A stretch of DNA of 64,000 nucleotides, taken from positions 7,812,001 through 7,876,000 of the forward strand of contig CM102289.1 of assembly GCA_046563655.1 (NCBI GenBank). The letters are read 5' to 3'. This DNA is from Yuukianura sp. NJ FZ-2021. Lineage: Eukaryota. This document shows, piece after piece, positions 12,558-32,411 of this stretch; position 1 is the stretch's first letter, and each line of letters begins with the position of its first letter. The notes below the pieces were generated by a model, which was not told the DNA's origin, did not search any database, and saw only the letters and a program-made list of their open reading frames with translations. The position numbers were made by a program, and so were the translations under genes.

Positions 12558-14712
12558 TACTCAACCTTCAACTAGCAACATCCTGTCATCTCTGAAACTG
12601 CTAATTTTCATACACCACACTAAATTAGTTTAAATTCTGCCAAAATTTAAAATCCAGACGTAAAAAGTGTCCGAATTAGCAATTTGGAACTACGCAGATG
12701 GAAAATTTTTAAAATTTTCATCCTCTCTTGTTTGAAGATGCGATGACTCATTGTTGCAAAGTGCAACAAAAGTTCATTCCTACTTTGCCTTAGGGAATGA
12801 CTTTTGCAAATTTTTGGTTCAAGTAAATTTTTTAGCCTGAGGCTACTAAAGTGGAGGAGTTTTGAAAACGAATTGTTGTTTTTGGCCTCTGAAGTTGAAC
12901 AAGGTCAAGTGACATTGACACGCGGCAAGGTTTGCACAACAACAGCGGAAGCAGATCGTTTCTTAGCCGTTATGTGGTTAGATAGGATCAATTAGCAGTA
13001 GAATTACACAAATTAGTTTTAGTGTTACAGTGGATGTTAAAAGCACATTTTTAAATGCTAGCGTTACTTTTAAAAGTGTGACGTAAAATAACTGTAGCCT
13101 TGAATTTTTATCTTTTTATGGTTAGATGAACTTCAATGTCAAAGTATCATGGAATTTAGTAGGAATTGGCAACACAATTTTGCCACTAAATTTCTTTTTG
13201 TTACAAAGTTTGATTCCATCAAGAAAAAATTAAACTAAATTGGAAAAATTAGAATTGAAAATTTTAGTTAAGTGAACAGAATCATTCAAAAAAATTGTCA
13301 AAGTTAAACACTTTTGCGAAAAAATTTCATAGTTTTTTTTGTCAATTCTTTAAAACGAGCTTACGCTTTTAAATTTTCTTAACACTACCAAAAATTGAAA
13401 AATTTCACTAACCAAAATTTTGATGACGTCTTGAAATTAATTTTGGTTTGCTGACGCCGTACGTATAATTTCTTTGTTCAAGTTCAACTGATTTTGGCAA
13501 ATGAGAAAAACGAAGAGCTCGAGCTTAAGGCCAATTTGGAACTGGAATTTGGCAACTTGCTGTCACTTTGGCTTAAGGTCTTAACTGCGTACAAATCAGC
13601 TGAGTTTGCAACGCACGCGGACTTGCGACTTCTAGTTCTTGCTACTAAAATTCACAAAGTACTTCTGCACTGACTTGATATCGCTTGGTGCCAAATGGAA
13701 ACTGTTCTATAGCCACCACCTTCTGCTGACTCTTCGTTTTTTGTTTTGCAAGGGGAACATAATGTATGTGGTGGGTAGTACAGTAAAGCGGGAATTGCGC
13801 CATAGCATATTTTGTTTTGTTAGGGAGAGAGTTGGATGCTCAAGCTTAACAAAAGTTTTTAGGCTTGGAGCAAAAGTTTTATTCTGGATGGCACGAAATG
13901 GAACTTTCTGTCGTGGCATAAATTAATAGTTTTAGAAGTAAATTTTAGGCTTCGCTGGCAGTTTTTTGCTGCAAAGGATTTTAAATTACTTTGAATGAGA
14001 GTCTGAATTTTTAAAAGTAGAGCAGATCGAATTCCAAATTGAAATCGATTCAACGGAATATTGACCAGATTCATAAATTTATAAAAGAAAACGACTGGGT
14101 TTCACAAAGAATATTTTTGGGGATTTTATGCACAATCAAAATTCTAATCTCGGAAAACGTGACGCTAATTTTTTCAAGGCGAACTTTTTACTACAGACGC
14201 AAAATTGCGCAGCTAAATTTAGTCTTCTGCGCAACAACTTCGTTCCTGTTTTTATGATTTTGTCCTAAGAGGATGAAATCACATGGTTTCAAATCTGCGT
14301 CTTTTCTCGTGTAATTTCAAAATCTGTCGAAATTATTGCAACTTCTGCTGTCATCCGTAACTTTTATTTTCTTCATTTGAGACAATTTGTAAGTTGGTCA
14401 CAGCGCGGAGGTAATCTTGTCAAGTTGACAAAATCTCCTTTGCAAAAACAAAAGCTTACATGAATTTTTTTTTAGAATGTAAAACATTAAAACTTTGATG
14501 CCATCACGTTGAAAACGAAGCTTATGTCAGAAGTGGGTGGAGGTCGTTCGTGACACCTCGACAAGAATTTTTATTGAGCACACAAATGAATGGCGAAAGT
14601 TTGTAAATCAAGGAAAACAAAAAAGATAGACAAATTTAGGTTAGGTTAGAATTTTTTTTAAAGTTATACAAGTTTGGAGTGTTCTCCGAAAGAAGTTGGA
14701 ATGAACCGATGC

Positions 14713-16083
14713 TTAACGCTTTGGAGATGAAAACGTTTTATATCTAGAGAGGTCGTCCATGTCACCCGGAACGCGGAAAAACATCTTCGGATCGGATCTG
14801 GACGTCAGATCGGTTTTAACTGCCTGTTTTGGTTTCGATTCTGGTTTGGCTGCAGCAGGATCATCCGGTTCCTGTTCTTCCCAATCCTCCGATTCGGTGC
14901 TTTTCTTATGAGTGAATTCGGGGTGAAACGTTTTCATATTTTCCAAAGCAAATGTATGGAGTGGCCCAAGCGGAGCTCCTTTGATGGACCGTCGATTCCA
15001 AAGTACTTGGTCTGGATAAATGTCAATCGTCTGATTGGCTGTAATGATGAGCTTGTCCAGAAGCCACGCTGCGGCTGCGCGGAGACCTCCTTTGGATTTC
15101 CTGTTGACAGGTTGAATCAAGTAGCCTCGGCATTTGGGATCATCCAGATTTAAGTAGTCTTGCAACTCATCCACGTTCATGGCTCCACGCATGGACTGTG
15201 TAAGTAAAAAGTGTGAGCCAAAAATTATAAATTATGAAAATATAATTATATAAAGCAAGCATTAATTGACAGAATTTTAATGCTAATTTACTTGTTAGTT
15301 GAAAATTTACGCACAGCTTTGTTTAGAAAAATGACGAGAAAGTAGCGCGGAAACGGAACTGGGCGTTTCATTTCAAAAAAGTGTTGAAGTTCAGTTTTGG
15401 CTAAATGCAGGAGCTTTTGGTCCGTGGCATCAATGGTGTAGAAAAACGCCTAAAAGTAAAAACCATCAAAAATTTTTTAGAAAAAGCATTCTTCAATAAA
15501 TGGAATACTAAATCCAACGTTTTTAAATTTTTTTTTAAATTTCGTACTGCAATATTAGAGAAACATCTTCGCCAAAGTAAGCGCGGGTTGGTTGCTGAAA
15601 AGAAGTTTAAGAAATTGTCAAGAAACTGAAAAAGAAAATATTTTTCTTTACAAATTTTACTTTTTGACAATTTTTTTACTTACTCTCGTTCCATACAGAG
15701 TAGGAAAGTGTCCAAGTTGGACAGCGTTCTGAAGGTGGGTAGCGCAATACTTCGAAAATGTATCCTATAAGAAGAGACAGTTTTCAAAATTTGGTTCAAA
15801 TTTCCAAATTGGTTTACATTTTTTGAAAAAGTGAGACACCTAATCCCATGACTACTTCTCCGATGTCAACACACGCAATGGACATGTCATAGGCGTTGTG
15901 AATAGCGTTATGCGTGAGATGGACAGTGGCCAATTCGTCCTGATTCACGATGTCATTGGCTCCGTGTCGGTACGGAAAGCCTTTGACATACTCCTTCCGT
16001 TGTGACTTTTTCTTGTCTGAGCAACAGCATATGAACTCTTGTAATCGACGCATCCTCCTCCGGAAATGAATCAATTTACACAT
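14713..16083 (-). CDS. Divergent Arf/Arl-fold protein with degenerate G-motifs (putative pseudoGTPase), ~329 aa
   Basis: Exons 16083-15840 (alternative ATG at 16053), 15764-15684, 15594-15548, 15449-15315, 15195-14713, totalling 990 nt in frame. The spliced product aligns colinearly by eye with Arf1: [96 protein letters not shown]. Confidence 0.75.
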
Positions 16084-16996
16084 TTATACGGCTTAGAACA
16101 AAAATGTCCAACACTGTCAAAAATTTTGCTAAAATTCAAATTTTGTCAAGAAAAAACAGACCAATCCAATTTCTTGAATTTTTTACTTACAAACTACAAG
16201 ACGCGTTGTTTATTAATTATTTATTAAAATCTTGAACATGTTACCATAGGTTATACTTAAGACTTTTCATAAACATATTTTTGACATTGCCGATTTCGTG
16301 GCTAAATTGGATATGATTATCTTTGTGTAGAAGAATGCGATTCTAATTAGCAAGTTTCCTGTACATCTAATATCTCGTGCTGATTTGCCAAATGTAATCC
16401 AAGAGCTCACCACTTAAGGGAAGTAACTATTTTTGCACTCAGAGAAAACAGTTTTCTCCTTCACGTAACCTTATGGAACAACGGAAGCTCATTCGGAGTG
16501 TAGATTGCATTGGTTAAGCACATCTTAAACAACGGCTTTCCATCACTCCGTCAAGCGTTTCAGTTTCATTTTATTTGTGACCCAAGTATCACTGCAAAAG
16601 GTATGTTGAATTTTGTAAAAACAGCAGTTTGAAATTTTGATAAAAGTTTTTTTTTAATTTCATAATCCCAGTTTACATAATTTTTAATGTTCCAGCGTAA
16701 ATTTTCTGGCAAAATTGTTTTCTTCTAACACATCTACGGTGCAACTGTGTGCATTGAAGTCACATAAAATCAAAATTTTGTCTTTTTCTTTTGCAATAGT
16801 ATGATAGTAGTTTCCGACTTGAATCTAGTGTATTCTAAATAAAAATTGAATTTGAATTTTCAAAAATTGAGGTGTGGCTTTGTGATTAACACCATGATTG
16901 TAACTTATGTTTATGTTTGGAGTGATTCCAAGTCCAAAAATATCTTCCTTTTAGCTATCTTGTTCTATTTTTTTTTTTTTGAAATTTTGCAGAAGG

Positions 16997-18420
16997 ATGA
17001 GTAAAACCGGAAAGACCAAGAAAAGTGCCAAGAAGCAAGAGGCTGGAGTGCTTCATCCCAAGAAAGATGATTTCGAATGTGAACTTGAAGAACAAGCAGT
17101 CACTGTGCAAAACAATGGCAAAGTTTATGAGGTCGCTGTTTTAAACAAACTTGATTAATTTAGAGGATTAGAATAAATTAGAATAGTAGATTAGAAATTA
17201 CTAAAACTTAGCATTTTGTAGATGTCCATGGATGCTTTTGGGTTTAACCCGGAGGACATCAAGGTCAAAATCACCGCCACAAGCGTTGTGCTGGAAGGAC
17301 TCCATGAAACGGAAGAAGAAGTGGACGAATTCTACGAAGAAGTTGAATTGCCTGACCGCGTCATTGCATCTACCATTGAAGTTCTGATGAACAAAAACGG
17401 CGTTCTGCGAATTCGCGCGTCAATTCAACCGAAAGTCGAAGAAATGCGGACCGTGATTGTCCGAGAAGAGACGCGAACCGAAGTTATCAAGACGACTACC
17501 CGCACATATACTTGCGACACTGAGATTAAAGTAACAAAGATCTCAAATGCTGAAGGGACAAAGATTCTGGGGGATACTAAGTTTGTAGACGCTTCTGACG
17601 ACTTGAAGATCAAGGACAACAAACTCGAAGTAACTTTTTGCAAAATTACCCGCCTTTGGTTCAAATCCAACGTAATCGAAATCTGTTTGATTCTAGCTCA
17701 ACCTGGACATGAGTGGCCACCGACCAGAGGACATCAAAGTCAGCGTCTCTGAGAAAGTGATGGCAATTCAAGCCATGGCTCACTACGACATAGAAAATCC
17801 GCCTAAAGAGATCCACAAGAAGTACTTGATTCCGGATGGTGTGGATCCGGCAAGCTTCCGCGCACTTTTGAAGAAGAACGGACAGTTGGCAGTTACGGCA
17901 ATTCAAAAAGAACCGGAAGTCAAAGCAACCGCGGTCGAACCGAAACCGAAAGTGGAAGCGCCGGTACCGGCTAAGCCGACTCCCACTCTTCCACCAGGAG
18001 CCGCTAATGAGCCAATTACTTACTGTTGGATCAAGGCCCAAATCATTGAAGATCTGAAGGAAATTGAGGAATTGACGGCAAAATGTGAAGATATCACGGA
18101 ACAAGTTGCGAAAGTTGAGAACATGAAGTTTGAGGTAACTTTACGTGGCATTCCAATTCAAAAATTTGAAATTACTGCATTGCTGAACATTGTTTTTGGA
18201 TTTTTGCTAGGCTCATATTGACGTAGGCGACTTCAAAGCTGAAGAACTTCGGCTGAAAATCACCAAGGATTTTGTTTTGATTGTCTCAGAAACGCGAACG
18301 CCAAAACGTCAATTTCACAAGAAAGTTTTATTGCCTAATGGCGTCAAACCGCAAGCCGTCAAGAACAAGATGACGCCCAAATACCATTTGCTTTCAATAC
18401 TTGCTAAAGTTACTCCCTAA
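16997..18420 (+). CDS. Small heat shock protein (HSP20 family) with three tandem alpha-crystallin domains, ~396 aa
   Basis: Exons 16997-17131, 17222-17629, 17697-18134, 18211-18420, all joined by phase-0 introns. Three repeats: MDAFGFNPEDIKVK..ELPD..NKNGVLRIRA; LDMSGHRPEDIKVS..LIPDGVD..KKNGQLAVTA; IDVGDFKAEELRLK..LLPNGVK..HLLSILA. A probable 5' UTR exon runs from an Inr-like TCAGTT near 16560 to a donor at 16601. Confidence 0.88.
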
Positions 18421-19108
18421 ACTGTTTGTAAACCATCAGTATTAAGTAAAGAACCGATGGAATTTTTATTAATATCAATTTTTAGTCTGGAATTTTTGGT
18501 ATTCGCAATTTTTTCGAATTATAATTTAGTATAATTAACGTTTCATAAGTAGGGAATGTAAAAGGAATGTACCGAGAATTCATTTTTACCGCTCTCGCTC
18601 TCGGATTCTGCTAACACTAAACAGGTTTGGGCAAAAGTCGTAGTCTATTGCTTGAAATATGGAAAATAATTATTCCGGAGCCCAATTAATTTAGAAATGA
18701 AAACTATTAGGGTTAAATAATATAATATATAATATAATTAAAGCATTTAGATTAAGTAATTATCTACTATGGTGTAATGTTAATTGTTTGTAGTGGTGTG
18801 CTTTTCAGCACACAACTGGACTTTTTGAATTCTATGAAAAAATTAAAGCGGGAGTTTTAAACCAGATTCACACGAGAAAGTGAAATCGCGAATTGAATTA
18901 AAAAATTCCAGAGAATCGTGATTGGCATGCTAATTTCATGGCAAGTTGTAAATAACTGTAGTAAATCTGTCAAAATTACAACCGGCTTTTACTTAAAGGT
19001 AGGAATAAGGCATAATTTATTTCAGTTTAATTAGAAGTTGATGTCATTTGGACTTGATTTATTTCTAGTTGCCGTATATCTGCGTTCGACGATAATAAAG
19101 GAATCGCA

Positions 19109-20363
19109 ATGAGTTCAGATTCTCGCGGCCAGTTGAACGATACCGCAACGACATCAAACGAAAATGGAGGCTCAACTAGCAGTAGCATGTACAAAATGAA
19201 ACCGGCATTTGATTTACCTGCGACAATTGAACTTCCGCATGGGATGTATCGTGTCAGCCCAGTGTCCATCATCTCTGGGAGTAATTCACTTCAATCTGTT
19301 ACGGCCTTGTAAGTTACTTAAAACTATTGCATATTTAATCACGTTACATAATTGGGAAAAGACGACTAACGTATCTATGCAATTTCAGATCTTCGTCTTC
19401 GTCAAAGAAGTCACTCGGGTCAAAGGCTGATCTTATTCCACAGGAAAAAATTTCAGTGATTGAGAAACGGCAGATCGAAATTCTGGATAAGCTGAACAAT
19501 TTGCGTGAAATCATTGTCGGTATCCAAGAGAAGTTTGTCTCTGATGAAGAGAGTGCTGAGAAGGACTCGCAACTGATAGAAAACTTTGTGGTAAGTAACA
19601 GAGTCTGTGTCAGAAACCAGAAACACTGAAAATACATTACTTTAATTATAACTGTTGGTTGTTAGGACATTGTTGTCAATGCAAATCCCAGCAAGCCACC
19701 TTTCTCACTACTTTTTCTGCATAAACTATTGCGCCAGTACTACGGAACTTCCGTCAAGATCAGCAACCACCTCCATTCATCAGTCACCGGGCCTCTCCAC
19801 GAGTATTTATCCATTTTCAGCAAACTTGAAACCAGAAACGAGTCAGCCCCAGTGCTTATCAAGATTACGTTGATTTGGAAAAACTGTAAGCATTCCAGCA
19901 TAGACAATTCAATTATTTGATCAAAACGATTATTTTTTCCCTTCTTGTCTTTTCAGCTGAAGACGTCGAGTTGATGGTGAATCCTATCAACGAGTCCTTA
20001 GTCTTTGGAGAAGGAAATCTCGCAAGGTTTCTGTCCAGATTAATTCCAAACGTCTTCCCTCTAAACTACGACGCACTTGACTGGAATACAATGTCACTCG
20101 TGGACGGATTCATTATGCAAGCATTGAATGAAACAACATTCAACATACAAATGGTGGAAGGATATCTGAAAGGAAGAAAACAAAGTACTGACGGTCCATT
20201 TCTTCTCGGTGAAATTAGCATTGCAGATTTCATCACCTTCTCTGCTGTTGCGCGTGAGTTGCTCAAAAACGTGAAGGCAATTAGTTTAGCCAAATATCCA
20301 AACGTCCGCAACTGGATGGACTGTTGTCAACAGTACGGTGAGTTCGAACTATTCGGCTATTAG
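19109..20363 (+). CDS. AIMP2: Aminoacyl-tRNA synthetase complex-interacting multifunctional protein 2 (p38/JTV-1)
   Basis: Exons 19109 (or ATG 19187)-19308, 19389-19590, 19666-19885, 19957-20363. N-terminal MYKMKP..LP..MY motif, leucine-zipper EKRQIEILDKLNNL, DIVVNANPSKPP, HLHSSV, GEGNLARFL and a GST-C-like tail (SIAD..NVRNW). Confidence 0.88.
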
Positions 20364-20615
20364 TCAACAAATGTCGATCGTGCAAATGCAAGGAAAGTAT
20401 TATAATTTATCAGGACTCACGTTCTGTTCAAATCAGAAATAAATTTGAAATCTGCTCAGGTTTTCGTTTTACGAGTAATACGGTACGCGAGCAATGTTTT
20501 ATTTGCATTTAAAATTGTTACTTCGAGGAATTGCTACCCCAATTTTTTGAAAATCTTGAATCAATTTGAATTGAATTCGATTTTGTCGACAAATTGTTTT
20601 CCATTTTGACAGTTC

Positions 20616-29349
<8,734 letters not shown>

Positions 29350-31321
29350 TTTGAAATTTTTCCTTCAAAATCTGGCCTTTGTGTTTTTGAACGAAGACGA
29401 AGATGAACTGATTAATTCTAAATCTCCTAAGGTTGTGTGAATTACTACATCAAAAATGAAATCAGACGCACGAGGCACTTGAGATTTAGGACAGACAAAT
29501 TTAAACTGAAACTAAAAGGAACATTAATCTCTGTAAATTTTTCAAAACTTTGAAAGTTGTTGCTGGTTTTGTTGACACAGATACGGAAATAGCCACTTCT
29601 GTGTTCCCGATTCGAAAGTTAGTAAAACTGTCACTTGTTGAATTTCTTCTGCTTTATGCGGTTTTAGCTTTTTCCCTGTTTTTGCACACTGTTGATTTTG
29701 CAAAAACTTTCAATAAATCGGGAGGAAACTTTTGATATAATTTTTTTGTATGGAGGTGAGTGAATGGGTAAGCCACAGATAGGATTCGCAAGGCCAAGCT
29801 TATCACGGTTAAATAAGCTTCACGGCTTTATCTATTAGGTATCAAACACTATAGAAAAACCACAAGAAGGCTGTGCCAATTTCAGAAATTTGCAAATTTA
29901 GGCAGAACTGCTCCTACTCATGCTTGGAGTGTTATTGGGTTGCAAATTTTGCGAATTTTGAGCGAGCGAATCACTGCTGGAAAAATTCCTGTGCACAATC
30001 ACAAACCAAACTAAAAACTGTTTCAAAAATATGAAAAAAGTAAGATTCGCACACTTTGACTTTGCAAGAATGAGTCACAGAGGATGACGATGATGTTGGG
30101 GGCGCAGGGAAAAATTACTTTTTGCACATGCAAACCTTGACTAAGAGTTGCCAAATTTTGCAATTGGAAATTGTGTGTAGTGTGTTTAACTTAGCACTTA
30201 AATGTTGACGAATAGTCCTATCCGTTTCAGTGCAAGAAGATTTCTGAGGTGACTCACACTAACTTTTTTGGCTTTTGTTTTTGGTGAATCATTACTCCCA
30301 AAGTGTCTTCCAGTACACCACCACCCTTAAACTCCCACAGAACTTTGGAAATTGTTGTAGGTGGAACAATGACTCTTGGAGTCACAACAATGGAACTACA
30401 GTTGAACAATGCCATTGAACCAAATTGAGGCAGACGGTGTAGGTAAGGTTGTTGTTGTAGGAGGATGTTCACGGGGGCAAGTAAAGCGTTAAGTTTAAGG
30501 GTAATTGTACACCGGATGCCATTATTCTATTCTTGACATTTTGTCAATAGGGAGACTTTGAAGTTTCTTGGGCATTTGTGCATGACTGGGTTCATTCTGT
30601 GGGCGTTGTGTTTTTGTGCCTTAAGAAGAAGAGGAAGCGACAGGTGAATTTGTCGCTGAACAGGTTGTTCATCTGAGCGGCATGGATTCATTGTCGTAGA
30701 ACCACATTTAGAACATAAAACAACAAAAAAACTCAGAACTACAAAGAAAGCTCAAGAAAATACACAGAGTTTTACAAAACAAAGAATGCTGAGACAAAAG
30801 ACTTGCTGCTACACGCTCCAATTTTTGACATGTTTTACCCTACATGCAGAAACGGATACACTTTAAAAAAAGTAAATTAAATAGTAGGGTGAATTAAGTT
30901 GTGTGGTTATTACAAAGTAGTGGCAGGATTAAAAAAAGAAGAAGTTCGAATTTATAAAATTTTGTTAAAGTCGAATAGTTCATTTTTTCCGTTTTGAAAT
31001 TTAGGAGAAACAAAAGAAACGTAAGAATAAGTCGTATTATTTTTGCATGTATCGACACTTTCTGGTACATGTAAAACAAATTCATTCATAGGTTTTGACA
31101 AGTATTGAAAATGTTCAGCGCAGTAGCCAATTTTAGAATTAAACAGAAATTCTAAAAATAGCCTAGTACTAATCCTGTAGTGCTTCGCCTTACATCCTAG
31201 TAGTAGAAAGAACGGTTTGCATACTTACAGCTAGTTTGCAAAAGAGATGTGGTTAGTCCGGAATCAGCTGCAGAACAGGTTTTCATATTGAAATTTTTCT
31301 TTTAAGATTCGAGAATTCGTA

Positions 31322-31932
31322 ATGGCAGAGTCTGAGCATGCGTCAACCGTGAAAATTTACGGGAACACGCCATTGTCTGAACGTTTGGGTGCATATAAAA
31401 AGAAGGCAGAAGGAGATAACAGCAATTCAGCAAACTCCGATTCAACTTCAGATGGAAAATGTCGGATGGATGATCCAGAGTAAGTGAGAAAATATAAAAA
31501 TTTGAAAAAAAAAGTTACATAATGAGTTGTTACGATAAAATATTAACCAAAAGTTGAAATTCTGTGTTGATGTTTAGTTATGGCCGACCTGTTGCTGGCA
31601 GTAAGACGGACAGGCGTGGAAAAGAAGCTGCAGCACATGTTGGACATGAAGTGATGGAACTGTGTCGATTAATCCAAGAATATGGACAGCCCCAGGATGA
31701 CGGTACAGTGGAAATTACTTTTAAGGAACTTTTTGACATGTACCAAGTCATCTCCAACAAGGTCGTTGGTGTCCTCCTGCGTGCAAGGAAGCACGGTCTA
31801 GTTACATTTGAAGGTGAAATGCTATTTCAGCGCCGAGATGACCATGTCATCGTGACCTTGCTTGTTGACCCTGACAAAGTTCAGAAAAGTACGGACTCCA
31901 CAGCATGCGTCAACTTGAAAAGCAGTCACTGA
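31322..31932 (+). CDS. ABRA: Actin-binding Rho-activating protein (ABRA/STARS-like, Costars domain), ~170 aa
   Basis: Exons 31322-31479 and 31578-31932. DYGRPVAGSKTDRRG followed by the Costars domain (ITFKELF..ISNKVVGVLLRARKHGLVTFEGEMLFQRRDDHVIVTL). Confidence 0.9.
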
Positions 31933-32411
31933 TCTTACGCAACACATTTTCTGCTACTCTCTCTACGGTGCTTACTTGTAAAAAAAATTGAAAAAGTTAA
32001 ATTTATTTACATTTTCCTTACAAATGATAATAAAATTTTCAGGAATTTTCTTTCTCTAAATTCGAGATGAGTTGATTTTTTTTGAAAAAACATTTATTTC
32101 GAGGACTTTACAGCTTTGAGGGGAGATGGGTTAACAAAATACAGTTACTTGACATATGTTTTTTTCACATAATGAGGTAAAACGTTTTATACAATTTAAT
32201 GTTCACAGTCATTAAAGGTATAATTTCCATTTGGTTTTTACAAATTAAAAAGTTAACGAATATCACCTTGGAGCAGGATATAACTTTTGTAGATTTAAGT
32301 TGAGGAAGGTTAAGTATTTTTTAGTGCTTAAATTTTTAACAGCTCATTTTATTTCATCCATTTCAGTTTGTGTTTAAAGAGGTATTGGCACACTGGATAT
32401 GAGTTGGAGGG

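Noticed and set aside
30254..30691. Coding-looking minus-strand block with a GTGAGT donor upstream of myosin
   Set aside because: No frame stays open through the block or joins myosin exon 2 in phase. It may be a non-coding exon or relic; unresolved.
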